DNA of 64,000 bases from a bacterium (GCA_021158225.1 JAGGUZ010000005.1:18882-82881), one strand, 5' to 3'; positions 46,849-56,428 are shown, counted from the first letter of the stretch. Program-made: numbers and translations. The notes: generated by a model from the sequence alone, not told the origin.

Positions 46849-48402
46849 TTATTCCTCTTCGACATGACGAAGAACTTCTCTAAATCTTGCATATTCAAGC
46901 AATTTTAATCCCGGCCATCTACCAAGAAACACATTAAAGAAAATAATTAAAATAATCACTTCCGGATATGCGAGCATAAATCCTTGAAGTTGATTGATTT
47001 TAAATCCAAATACATCACCTCCAATTACAATATAAGCGATTATAGCAACCAGAACAGTTTGCAATGTTGCAATCATAGTTTGCTTAAAGCTTTTCCCTCC
47101 TTGAGCGCTAACAAATTTTTCGGTTAATGTACTTAAAATAAGCATAGGGAAAACTGAGAGCGAATAAAATTGCGAATCAAACAAATTAAATCTGATCGAT
47201 AAAATCAACATAAACAAAATGGCAACAGCGACGGATGTAAGAACAATCGCCATTCTTGGAACATAAAGTAGCCTATACCTCTTTAAAGCAATTCTGGTTC
47301 CCGTTCCTACCAAAAATATCACAAGAAGAGTCAAAAGTCCGAATTTTAGACCAAGAATCCAAAAAGTAAGTGTGATAATGGTTGGAGTATAAACTCCAAA
47401 AGTAGTTACTCCAACAACCTGTTTCATAATAGAAACAACAGTCGCAATAACAGGTAACATTAAAATTAAAATAACCGTATTTGCCGGTATTCCACTGTCT
47501 ATTAAGTAATTAACGAAATAGGACATAAAATTCCACAATTGAAGTTGCCCGGTTTGCGCATTTGTAAGCTCGTAATCATATCCGTTTTTTTCCATTCTGT
47601 TAATAAATTCATTTGTTGTCGCGCTCTCTATAAAGGCATATATTGCGGGCTCTTTTGCAGAAACTATATTTTTCGGTTTTAAGAGTTCATATTGACGCGC
47701 CAATTGTGTAGGAGTGTCATCGTTGTTAATTACAAGAATTGTTTTGTTTTCAAAAGTTAAAGTGTCATCTTGATTTGCCTGATTTTGCTTAACCCGAGAT
47801 AAGGCGTTAAGTCCGGAATTTCCTTCCGTCCATACAATTATTTCATCTATTTTTTTAAGATTATCCGTAGCTTCACGAAGCTTTCTTTCTAGAATTTCCT
47901 CTGTAATAAATTCAGTAGCACTGTCGTAGCTCTCGTAAACAACAATATCCGTATCTCTATCCCGAGCATAATTTTTAAAACCTTCAACTCTATCTTTAAT
48001 TTCAGCTTTATCGGTAATGAAAATTATGATTTTTTTATAAACAAATATATCTTTTGTTACCGTTTTTGTTTCTTTCCCATCATTAGCCGTGAGAGTAAGT
48101 GTTTTTTGACCAAGCGTAGTATAGCTATACACGACTTCTCGTCCTTCCTTTTTATTACCATCACCAAAATCCCATGTATAAGTTATATTTGCATTTTCAT
48201 CCGGATGCTTCGTTCCCGAAGCATCAAAAATTATATTCTTGTTTATTTGGACAGAACTACTCGCTGTTATAGCCGGCGTAAATGTTACCTCTTCCGGTTT
48301 TATACTTTCCACAGCAGGTTGATCTTGAGCAAAAACGCTAAATGGAGCAAGGTAAAAGAATAATGCTGATATGGCGACTAATTTTTTGATAGTTTGATGC
48401 AT
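46849..48402 (-). CDS. secreted PKD-domain protein fused to a 7TM module of the 7TM-transglutaminase-associated type
   Basis: Signal peptide LAPFSVFAQD and the PKD hallmark ITYTWDFGDGNKKEG...LTLTANDG. A ~170-aa unknown domain follows, then 7 TM helices starting LMLPVIATVVSIMKQVVGVTTFGVYTPTII and ...LKRYRLLYVPRMAIVLT. It ends 18 nt upstream of the ATP-grasp fusion gene. Confidence 0.7.
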   Translation of the reverse strand: MHQTIKKLVAISALFFYLAPFSVFAQDQPAVESIKPEEVTFTPAITASSSVQINKNIIFDASGTKHPDENANITYTWDFGDGNKKEGREVVYSYTTLGQKTLTLTANDGKETKTVTKDIFVYKKIIIFITDKAEIKDRVEGFKNYARDRDTDIVVYESYDSATEFITEEILERKLREATDNLKKIDEIIVWTEGNSGLNALSRVKQNQANQDDTLTFENKTILVINNDDTPTQLARQYELLKPKNIVSAKEPAIYAFIESATTNEFINRMEKNGYDYELTNAQTGQLQLWNFMSYFVNYLIDSGIPANTVILILMLPVIATVVSIMKQVVGVTTFGVYTPTIITLTFWILGLKFGLLTLLVIFLVGTGTRIALKRYRLLYVPRMAIVLTSVAVAILFMLILSIRFNLFDSQFYSLSVFPMLILSTLTEKFVSAQGGKSFKQTMIATLQTVLVAIIAYIVIGGDVFGFKINQLQGFMLAYPEVIILIIFFNVFLGRWPGLKLLEYARFREVLRHVEEE

Positions 48403-48554
48403 AATTTAAGCCATTTATATTGATGTACAAGAAGGATTCTATCAAAAGTGCCTAAAAAACTCAATAATCACCTTTGTTCAATTGCAATTTCGCCTTGTTT
48501 TTGCTATAATATTACGAAGTATAGATTCATTTTAGAATTTATTAAACTATAAAA

Positions 48555-50738
48555 ATGAAAAAAAGAATAAAAAGTATTTTTGCAACTATCGCCACTTTCG
48601 CTTTAGTGCTATCTCAAAGTAGCATGGCATTCGCAACTAACAGCAGTTTATTTAAGGTTGAAGCTTTCGGAGCCGATACGATCGCAGGATATACAACAAG
48701 AATTTACTCATCAAAAACACTTCCAAACAAAATTGTTGAATTCACTGTAAAAAAACCAAATGGAAACAGTTTAAATATTCCAATAAAATCAGATGACAAT
48801 GGAATAGCAGAATTCGAGTTATATGATTACCATACTAAAAAAGCGGGGACATATTCGATCTCTGCAAAATTAGAAAACGGATCTGAAGGGAAAATAAATA
48901 CATTCTATGTATTCCCTGATGAAGTATCAAAAGTATCTTCAGAAATAGAGGCTTCAAAACTCCTTGGAACAGCCGACGGTATAGATAAAATCTATTTCAC
49001 AATCACACTGAAAGATAAACTTGGCAATCCGATTAAGGGACATGAAATTAGCGTAATTTCAAGTAGAACAAAAGATAAGATTCAACTTATCTCGGAAACT
49101 CAATTCACGGATGCAAAGGGAGAAACTCTTTTCTCCGTAGCTTCTCCGGAAGAAGGAGTTTCCATCTACTCGTTTTTAGATGCAACATCAAATAAAGTCT
49201 TAGATAAAAGAGTGGAAATTGCTTACAGTACAATGCAAAATGCCGGAGGAGATATTAAAACCGCTTATGCAGCCGCAGGAGAAGTCGATAAATTTGTTTT
49301 CGAGAATTTACCAGCATCCATTACCGCAAATGCAGATACACCTTTTACTTTAACCGCAGTTGATTCCGATGGGAACACAGTTCCAAACTATTCCGGAACA
49401 GTTCATTTTTCTTCCGAAGGAGCAAACGGAGTCTATGCATCCTTACCTAAAGATTATAGCTTTGATGTCGATCTTGATACTGGAAGTCATGATTTTAGTG
49501 GACTCCAAACGTTTAATTTTGCTCAAGAAGGAATATATTCGATAGTAGCAACAGATTTGGATAATTTTACAATAAGAGGAGATACTGAAATTACGGTCGG
49601 CGCGTCCTCTACGCAACATTCGGCCGATAACACAACACAACCAAACACTTCAAGTAACGATTTGCAAATTACAAACCCATTGTCTGGAACATACAGCAGT
49701 AACGAACTTGTAATTAACGGAATAGCTCCTCTTGTTAGCGCTACAATTCAAATTTTCGATAATGGTAGTAATATCGGCTCTACAGAAGTACAATCGGATA
49801 ATACATTTTCATATACACCTTCTTCCATAGTGGATGGTCCTCATAAATTTTATGTTGTAATGGAAGATAGCGATGGAACAACTTTGGCTACTTCGGATGA
49901 AGTAAATATTACAGTTGATACAAGTGCTCCAACTGTTGAAGATGTTAAATTTTCCCCTTCTGCAGATATTAAAACCGGAGATGTTATAACGGTTACCGTA
50001 ACTTCAGAAGAAAATGTTTTTCAAGGGGCGGTAGTCTTTAATGTAGATATTGCAGAACTTAAAAAAGATGATAATGATCCTACAAAATATACAGCCTCAA
50101 TACAAGCACCGGACAAACCCGGAAGCTATCCGATTGATGTTGTCTTGGTCGATGAACTTGGCAATGAGGGGTCTTATGAAGATGTTGCAACTTTGGAAAT
50201 AGGTACAAATGGAAAAACGAATTTATTGAAAAATGGAGACAGCATAAATCCACTAGCTACCAAGGGAAATGAGCCCCCTGTACAAGAGAATCAAGCTCCG
50301 TCGGATGTATTTGGAGTAACCACAATATCTTCCGACTCCAAGGTAACGCTTTCTTGGCAAGCTTCAACCGATGACTCAAAAGTTGTTAATTATAAAATTT
50401 CTTACGGTTTAACCCCAACAAACCTTAATCAAACCGTAGAAACTTTTGATAACAAAACGACTTGGTATCTTCCCAACTTAACAAACGGAAACGAATATTT
50501 TTTCTCTTTGGTTGCCATCGATGACGAAGGAATTGAAAGCAAGAACCCAAGTAGCATAGTAAGTTCTATTCCATTTAGTCCAGCTCCTGTGTTTGTTAAA
50601 CCGGAGCCTAAAGTTGAACCTATTGTTAATCCTGTCGCTCCGAAAATGCAATCAACCGGACCAGAAGAATTGTGGTTTATATTACTTTCGCTCGGGCTAA
50701 CTCAGCTTTACTTTAAGTTTAAGAAAAAAATGTGCTAA
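48555..50738 (+). CDS. large cell-surface protein with Ig-like (Big) domains, an FN3 domain and a C-terminal membrane anchor / sorting-like signal
   Basis: Signal peptide ...SQSSMAFA, several Ig-like repeats and an FN3 segment (APSDVFGVTTISSDSKVTLSWQASTDDSKVVNYKISYG). The C-terminus is QSTGPEE + hydrophobic helix + KFKKKMC. Confidence 0.7.
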   Translation: MKKRIKSIFATIATFALVLSQSSMAFATNSSLFKVEAFGADTIAGYTTRIYSSKTLPNKIVEFTVKKPNGNSLNIPIKSDDNGIAEFELYDYHTKKAGTYSISAKLENGSEGKINTFYVFPDEVSKVSSEIEASKLLGTADGIDKIYFTITLKDKLGNPIKGHEISVISSRTKDKIQLISETQFTDAKGETLFSVASPEEGVSIYSFLDATSNKVLDKRVEIAYSTMQNAGGDIKTAYAAAGEVDKFVFENLPASITANADTPFTLTAVDSDGNTVPNYSGTVHFSSEGANGVYASLPKDYSFDVDLDTGSHDFSGLQTFNFAQEGIYSIVATDLDNFTIRGDTEITVGASSTQHSADNTTQPNTSSNDLQITNPLSGTYSSNELVINGIAPLVSATIQIFDNGSNIGSTEVQSDNTFSYTPSSIVDGPHKFYVVMEDSDGTTLATSDEVNITVDTSAPTVEDVKFSPSADIKTGDVITVTVTSEENVFQGAVVFNVDIAELKKDDNDPTKYTASIQAPDKPGSYPIDVVLVDELGNEGSYEDVATLEIGTNGKTNLLKNGDSINPLATKGNEPPVQENQAPSDVFGVTTISSDSKVTLSWQASTDDSKVVNYKISYGLTPTNLNQTVETFDNKTTWYLPNLTNGNEYFFSLVAIDDEGIESKNPSSIVSSIPFSPAPVFVKPEPKVEPIVNPVAPKMQSTGPEELWFILLSLGLTQLYFKFKKKMC

Positions 50739-50781
50739 AATCCCTGTTGGTATTTGACGATATTTTAAAACAACCGACAAG

Positions 50782-51042
50782 ATGAAAGAATATTTAGCAC
50801 TTTTTATCGATATATTCGGAGAGATAATTATTCTGGCTATTTTAATCAGAGTTATTATGTCGTGGATAAGACCTATGGGAAACAAAGGAGGTCTTGGAAG
50901 TTTCGTTTTTGAAATTACGGAACCTTTGCTCTCGTTTTTCAGAAAAATCATACCCAGAATGGGAATGTTTGATCTATCCCCGATTATTGCTCTATTTGCA
51001 ATTGAAATCGTAAGATCTTTTCTTCTTAGTCTGCTTATGTAA
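50782..51042 (+). CDS. YggT-family membrane protein
   Basis: 86 aa with ILIRVIMSWI...ITEPLLSFFRKIIPRMGMFDLSPIIA, the YggT signature. Confidence 0.75.
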   Translation: MKEYLALFIDIFGEIIILAILIRVIMSWIRPMGNKGGLGSFVFEITEPLLSFFRKIIPRMGMFDLSPIIALFAIEIVRSFLLSLLM

Positions 51043-51051
51043 ATAAAAAAC

Positions 51052-52437
51052 ATGATTTCTATCTACAACACTCTCACAAGACGAAAAAACGAGTTTAAAC
51101 CGATAACTCCAAAGAAAGTTACCATGTATCTATGCGGACCAACCGTTTACGACAGTGCTCATCTGGGACATGGTAGAAGTGCCACTGCATTTGATGTCGT
51201 TAGGAGATATTTAATGTACAAAGGCTTTGATGTTAATTTTGTATCAAACTACACCGATATCGACGATAAGATGATTAATCGTGCCAATGAGAAAAAAATG
51301 ACGGTTAAAGAACTATCCGAGAAAGTTATACCTATGTACAAAAGAGATTACGGAGATTTAAACATTTTACCTGCGACAGCACATCCACGTGCAACCGCTT
51401 ACATAAAACAAATAATTGATTTAATCAAAAAATTGGAAAAAAAGGGAGCAACTTACAAGTTGGAAGATGGTATTTATTTCGATGTATCTGCTTTTCCCGA
51501 ATACGGCAAACTATCGGGACAAAAAATTGAAGATCTTAAAATGGGAGCTCGCATACAAGTAAACGAAAACAAGAAAAATCCACAAGATTTCGCATTATGG
51601 AAAAATGAAAAACCCGGGGAGCCTTCGTGGGATAGCCCTTGGGGGAAAGGTCGTCCCGGATGGCATATAGAATGTAGCGCAATGAGCACCAACCTTCTTG
51701 GAGATACTCTTGATATTCATGCGGGCGGTGCCGATTTAATTTTTCCACACCACGAATGCGAGATAGCACAAAGTGAATGTGCAACTGGAAAACAATTTGT
51801 AAACTATTGGATGCACAACGGATTTATAAACATCAATAAAGAAAAAATGTCTAAGTCTTTGGGGAATTTTATTACACTTCAAGACTTGATTAAGAAATAC
51901 TCCGGGAATGTGATTAGATTTTTATATCTTCAAACACACTACAGATCCCCGATTAATTTCTCTGAAGACTTAATTACACAATCGATAAACACACTTGAAA
52001 GAATTCATGATTTTGTTAGAAAAATAGAACAAATTGATAATACCGGAGAAACTCATAAAGAAGTAAAAACTTGCATAGAATATGCCAAGCAAAAATTTGA
52101 AGAAAATATGAATGATGATTTTGAAACACCTGGTGCACTAGCCTCTCTATTCGAATTTATAAAGACAATCAATAAATTTAATGAGGAAGTCTCGTTAACA
52201 ACCGGAGATAAGAAAGAAATTATAGACTTTCTTAAAAAGATAGATCAAGTATTTGCTGTTATTTTCACCAAGGGAAATGACCTGCCAAAAGAATTAGAAG
52301 CTATAATAAAGAAGCGCGAAAAAGCCAGAGCGAACAAGGATTGGCAGAAATCGGATCAATTGCGCAACGAACTTAAAGAAAAAGGGATATTCGTTGAAGA
52401 CACATCAAACGGAACTATTTGGAAGCGGATGAATTAA
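51052..52437 (+). CDS. cysS: cysteine--tRNA ligase
   Basis: HLGHGRSA (HIGH), the Zn-site region WHIECS and KMSKSLGN. Confidence 0.95.
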   Translation: MISIYNTLTRRKNEFKPITPKKVTMYLCGPTVYDSAHLGHGRSATAFDVVRRYLMYKGFDVNFVSNYTDIDDKMINRANEKKMTVKELSEKVIPMYKRDYGDLNILPATAHPRATAYIKQIIDLIKKLEKKGATYKLEDGIYFDVSAFPEYGKLSGQKIEDLKMGARIQVNENKKNPQDFALWKNEKPGEPSWDSPWGKGRPGWHIECSAMSTNLLGDTLDIHAGGADLIFPHHECEIAQSECATGKQFVNYWMHNGFININKEKMSKSLGNFITLQDLIKKYSGNVIRFLYLQTHYRSPINFSEDLITQSINTLERIHDFVRKIEQIDNTGETHKEVKTCIEYAKQKFEENMNDDFETPGALASLFEFIKTINKFNEEVSLTTGDKKEIIDFLKKIDQVFAVIFTKGNDLPKELEAIIKKREKARANKDWQKSDQLRNELKEKGIFVEDTSNGTIWKRMN

Positions 52438-53769
52438 ATAATCTCCAAGCTCCCATATATCCCCTGCTCCCATTATAATTGCGATATCAATATTATCCGG
52501 ATTCTCTTTTAAATAATCTTTTATTTTATCATATGTTTCCAAATGATATGTCTTTACGCCATTTTTATTTATAGCGTCGATTAAATCGTTTTCCGAAACG
52601 GAATGTATATCCTCTTTTGTATCGCGAACTTTATAAATATTCGGAATAATTACTACATCGGCATTTTTAAACGAATCTGCAAATTCGGGCAAAAATTTCT
52701 TCGTTCTGTTGTATTGATGCGGTTGAAAAATACAGCAAAGTTTTTTATTCGGATATTTTTCTTTTGTAGCTTTTATTGTGCTGAATATAGCAGTCGGATG
52801 ATGAGCATAATCACTTATTAACATAATACCGTTAAAGTCTCCTATTAACTCAAATCTTCTCCAAGCACCTGTAAACTTATTAAGAGTTTGAATGATTAAA
52901 TCTCTTTTAATATATAAAAGTTGACCAAGAGCAAGTGCCGCAAGAGCGTTTATCATATTAAATGTTCCCGGAATAAGCAGATTAAATTCTCCTACAAATT
53001 CACCTGCTTTTTCTATTTTATTTCCTTGAAGCGTCCAATCGGCATTATTACCGTCAGCGCTAAATGTTATTAAATTACCACTATAATCATTTAAAACATC
53101 TTTTACATTCTCATCTCCTGTGTTGGCTATTAAATAACCATCCTCCGGCAACTTTGCTATAAATTGTTTAAACGCACTTTTATAATCATCTAAATCCTTG
53201 TAATAATCGAGATGCTCAGCTTCAATATTCGTTAAAATTATTATATTCGGATTATAATTTAGGAAATTACGCTTATATTCACATGCTTCCACTAAGAAAT
53301 AATCACTTCGCCCAAGTCTGTAATTGTTATCGTTAAACTCCTTAAGACTTGCTCCAACCACAACCATGGGATCTTTATCTCCAGCTATTAAAGAAAGTGC
53401 AGACATAGATGTAACCGTGGTTTTCCCATGAGTCCCGCATACGGCAATAGTAAACATTTTATTTGTAAAATCCCCTATCGCCTGTGCAAAGTTAACGGTT
53501 GAAATCCCCATTTCCCTTGCCTTTACAAGTTCAGGATTAGACGCAGGAACAGCCGAAGAATAAATCACTTTTGTAATCGAGTTCGTTATATTCAACTCGT
53601 TATGCCCAATATATATTTTAATACCCTTTTTCTGCATTCTTTCGGTGAGATGGGAGGCATACATGTCCGACCCGGAAACTGTGTATCCTTGTTCATTAAA
53701 AATTTGCGCAAGACCGCTTAAGCCTATTCCTCCAATACCTATAAAATGAATCCGTTCGCCTTTGTTCAT
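52405..53769 (-). CDS. murC: UDP-N-acetylmuramate--L-alanine ligase
   Basis: IHFIGIGGIGLSGLA and GTHGKTT, with Mur ligase middle and C-terminal domains. Its 3' end overlaps cysS by 33 nt. Confidence 0.9.
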   Translation of the reverse strand: MNKGERIHFIGIGGIGLSGLAQIFNEQGYTVSGSDMYASHLTERMQKKGIKIYIGHNELNITNSITKVIYSSAVPASNPELVKAREMGISTVNFAQAIGDFTNKMFTIAVCGTHGKTTVTSMSALSLIAGDKDPMVVVGASLKEFNDNNYRLGRSDYFLVEACEYKRNFLNYNPNIIILTNIEAEHLDYYKDLDDYKSAFKQFIAKLPEDGYLIANTGDENVKDVLNDYSGNLITFSADGNNADWTLQGNKIEKAGEFVGEFNLLIPGTFNMINALAALALGQLLYIKRDLIIQTLNKFTGAWRRFELIGDFNGIMLISDYAHHPTAIFSTIKATKEKYPNKKLCCIFQPHQYNRTKKFLPEFADSFKNADVVIIPNIYKVRDTKEDIHSVSENDLIDAINKNGVKTYHLETYDKIKDYLKENPDNIDIAIIMGAGDIWELGDYLIHPLPNSSV

Positions 53770-53829
53770 GATTGCAGCTTTAAAGAGTCTGTGCTAATAT
53801 TTTTTAGCTTTCCTAACTAGATTAATACC

Positions 53830-54240
53830 ATGGAGGGTAAAAACGATCAACCATCAAATCTTACAAATTTTATTATTATAGGACTTATTATTTTAAGCAC
53901 ATATTTGTTATACTCACTAACTTTAGCATTTTACAAAAGTCATCAAATCGATATTTATATAGAAGATTTCGAAAAAGAAAATGAGCGTATAAGCCAAGAA
54001 AATAAAAAGTTAGCCGGTGAGTTTGATTATGTAACTTCGGATGCATACATCGATAAAATTCTTAAACAAGACAAAGGACTTATTAATCCCGGAGAAGATA
54101 TGATCGTAATATCTTCAGACCCTCTTTTGGGCGAAAAAACCAACACCGACAACGAAACATCTTCAAAAAGAGATTTAAATAATTTATCTAATATCGATAA
54201 GTGGAAAATATTTATTTTTGAGGATAACGCTTTGAAGTAA
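53830..54240 (+). CDS. FtsB/DivIC-like septum formation initiator
   Basis: 136 aa with one TM helix, a coiled coil (IEDFEKENERISQENKKL) and YIDKILKQDKGLINPGEDMIVI. Confidence 0.6.
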   Translation: MEGKNDQPSNLTNFIIIGLIILSTYLLYSLTLAFYKSHQIDIYIEDFEKENERISQENKKLAGEFDYVTSDAYIDKILKQDKGLINPGEDMIVISSDPLLGEKTNTDNETSSKRDLNNLSNIDKWKIFIFEDNALK

Positions 54241-54283
54241 AATCTTGACATCAAAGTTTTGTCTAGTATTATACAAATACTTA

Positions 54284-54358
54284 CGCGGGGTAGAGCAGTG
54301 GCAGCTCGTCGGGCTCATAACCCGGAGGTCGCAGGTTCGAATCCTGCCCCCGCAACCA
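54284..54358 (+). tRNA. initiator tRNA-fMet (anticodon CAT), CCA encoded
   Basis: Hand-folded. C1-A72 mismatch (CGCGGGG / CCCCGCA) and three G-C pairs closing the anticodon stem (GGG-cuCAUaa-CCC). T-arm GCAGG-TTCGAAT-CCTGC. Confidence 0.9.
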
Positions 54359-54369
54359 AAAATGTCGCA

Positions 54370-55011
54370 TTAATTTAAAAAGCGCATTTTTTTTATTGAT
54401 AAAATCTTTAATATCCCAACAACAATCTCAATCAACATAACAATGTTAGCTATTAAAATAGTAACAGATGTTATTTGTTGAGAGAAGAAAATATCAATTG
54501 TTATGGCAACATAGAAATAAAACCTAGGTCTAATTACGAATTTATAACTACTATGATTCTTTAATAAATATAAAATTATCGACATTAACACTGAATACAT
54601 AAAGACAAAAAGCGATATATCTATTAAATCAACCATCATAAACAAATAAGCAAAAATACTCGCCGATATAACACCAGCGTGATCGCAAAAAACATCTATA
54701 AAAGCTCCTTTACTCGAATTCGAGTGTTGATACCTCGCCAAAGTTCCATCTGCGCAATCAAGAAGCAGGTGTATCCAAATACCTACTGCAAAATACACTA
54801 CATCTTTTGTAAGATAAGAAAGAGCAAGACCAACGACAGCTACTACAGCTGAAAAGATGCTAACCATGTTTGCACTAATTCCAACTTTATCTAGAAATTT
54901 CACAACCGGATTTAGAAAAAATATTTTAATTTTATTTGCTTTTCTGATAAATCCCATTTCAAAAGTCGAATAGATTGTATCCTCCTGATTTGTTTTAGCG
55001 TATTTATGCAT
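54370..55011 (-). CDS. CDP-alcohol phosphatidyltransferase family protein
   Basis: A full D-x2-D-G-x2-A-R-x8-G-x3-D-x3-D motif is visible (LDCADGTLARYQHSNSSKGAFIDVFCDH). Polytopic. Confidence 0.8.
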   Translation of the reverse strand: MHKYAKTNQEDTIYSTFEMGFIRKANKIKIFFLNPVVKFLDKVGISANMVSIFSAVVAVVGLALSYLTKDVVYFAVGIWIHLLLDCADGTLARYQHSNSSKGAFIDVFCDHAGVISASIFAYLFMMVDLIDISLFVFMYSVLMSIILYLLKNHSSYKFVIRPRFYFYVAITIDIFFSQQITSVTILIANIVMLIEIVVGILKILSIKKMRFLN

Positions 55012-55215
55012 TTATTCTAAAATATGATCTCAACTGAATATTATTATATTTTTCACAAAAATACAAAAAGCACCTATCTCTACAATGAGTGGTACTTTTT
55101 GTGAAGCCTCTCTCTTCTCTTTCGAGATTCTCTAAAACCACGGTAAATTTAACAAATGATTCAGCTTATGTAAAGTTCTTCCTTTTCACTTTACAATATT
55201 TAAGCCTGTGTTAAT

Positions 55216-55243
55216 ATGTAGTTCACATAATGTAAACCTACAT
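55216..55243. promoter_or_regulatory. nested imperfect palindrome immediately upstream of the XRE regulator start (candidate operator)
   Basis: ATGTAGTTCACAT-A-ATGTAAACCTACAT. The outer arms ATGTAG/CTACAT and inner arms ACAT/ATGT are complementary. It ends 3 nt before the ATG at 55247. Confidence 0.25.
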
Positions 55244-55246
55244 GAT

Positions 55247-55996
55247 ATGAATAGCAATTTCAATAAGATAATTTCGGGGAGAATTAAAAATGCCCTAAGA
55301 CAAGCCGGTATTTCGCAATCAGAGCTTGCCCAAATGATTGAAAAATCCAGAGCTTATGTATCCAATATAACAAAAGGACGATATGTTCCTAAAATTTCCG
55401 AACTCGTAAAGATAGCTGAATATTCAAAAAAACCAATCGGATATTTTTTAGGGGAAGATAAACCCGGGTTAATGCACTATGTTGATAAAGCAAAAAAATG
55501 GGATAAACTTGTCACTTTAATAGAACCAGATATAAGAAAAGATCTTTCCGATGATATTTTGGCAATTCCAATGCTTGAACATTCCAATCTTAGAAATAAA
55601 ACTGTTCAAGAAATACTTAATCAAAGAAAAAGTCTTAAAAATTTTGTTTATTTATCTAAACGAAATTTAAGAAAATATTATAAATACACAAAAACAGTCG
55701 ACAATTTACTTGGTCTTAGAATCTTTATACGTGATTACCCTGAGTTTGGGATATATCTTGGAGATATCACAATCTACGAACCTGTTTTAAATAATAATAT
55801 AGGTGACGACAGCGGTAAATTATTCGGAATAATTTATAAAGGAGATCTTTGCATAAAAAGAGTATATAAAGACGGTAAAAAATATTATTTTGAACCTTTG
55901 CACAGCACTCCACAATTAAGAAAAATGACAGAAAGCAACAAAGATCTTGTTATAGCCGGCAAGATAATAATGTCTATTAGTAAAAAATTGTTTTAG
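55247..55996 (+). CDS. XRE-family HTH regulator with a C-terminal S24/LexA-like fold lacking the catalytic Ser
   Basis: HTH is LRQAGISQSELAQMIEKSRAYVSNITKGRYVPKISELVKIAEY. The C-terminal pattern GDITIYEP...LCIKRVY...VIAGKII resembles the cI/LexA peptidase fold, but no GDSM-type Ser is visible. The track GTG start at 55208 was replaced by the ATG at 55247. Confidence 0.7.
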   Translation: MNSNFNKIISGRIKNALRQAGISQSELAQMIEKSRAYVSNITKGRYVPKISELVKIAEYSKKPIGYFLGEDKPGLMHYVDKAKKWDKLVTLIEPDIRKDLSDDILAIPMLEHSNLRNKTVQEILNQRKSLKNFVYLSKRNLRKYYKYTKTVDNLLGLRIFIRDYPEFGIYLGDITIYEPVLNNNIGDDSGKLFGIIYKGDLCIKRVYKDGKKYYFEPLHSTPQLRKMTESNKDLVIAGKIIMSISKKLF

Positions 55997-56288
55997 CATT
56001 CAAGTGAGCTTGATAAATTTCCAATAGTTGGTGTAGGCTCACTTCGTTAATTGCATATACGCTTTGAAAATACTTGACGACGGTTTTTTCTGAGAATTTT
56101 GAAGGAAATACTTGGAAAACAACGGGCGACTGCAAAACAATTGCCTGTAAAACAGACCACGACATCAAATATGTCATGAACAGCGCGAATACCCTCGGAG
56201 CTGTCCATGCGCAATTATAAGGGGCGATGTAGGCTCTCAAAGCCCACATCGCCCTCTTTCTTAAATCCACTTGCAGGATAGAGCTCAA
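55977..56288 (-). CDS. doubtful ORF in a locally GC-richer segment (hypothetical, or non-coding)
   Basis: 103-aa ORF whose composition (W, A, Q, V rich, few K/E/N) is unlike the other proteins here. It overlaps the XRE 3' end by 20 nt and contains a strong hairpin. Confidence 0.25.
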   Translation of the reverse strand: MSSILQVDLRKRAMWALRAYIAPYNCAWTAPRVFALFMTYLMSWSVLQAIVLQSPVVFQVFPSKFSEKTVVKYFQSVYAINEVSLHQLLEIYQAHLNAKTIFY

Positions 56289-56314
56289 CCCAGTAATATA
56301 TTTTTGCCCTGTAT

Positions 56315-56391
56315 GGCAGGGTAGCTCAGTCGGTTAGAGCGCGGGACTCATAAGCCCGAGGTCGTGGGTTCGATCCCCACCCCTGCCACCA
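56315..56391 (+). tRNA. tRNA with CAT anticodon (elongator Met; tRNA-Ile2/lysidine type not excluded), CCA encoded
   Basis: Hand-folded, 77 nt. Acceptor GGCAGGG/CCCTGCC, D-arm GCTC-AGTCGGTTA-GAGC, anticodon loop cuCAUaa, T-arm GTGGG-TTCGATC-CCCAC. Confidence 0.9.
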
Positions 56392-56428
56392 AAAGTGGTA
56401 CATATAAACCACATATCTTTTAATCTTC

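Noticed and set aside
54284-56391. A tRNA-flanked segment (tRNA-fMet ... XRE repressor ... tRNA-Met) as an integrated mobile element.
   Set aside because: I saw no integrase, recombinase, phage structural gene or direct repeat of a tRNA 3' end. The segment carries an ordinary lipid gene.
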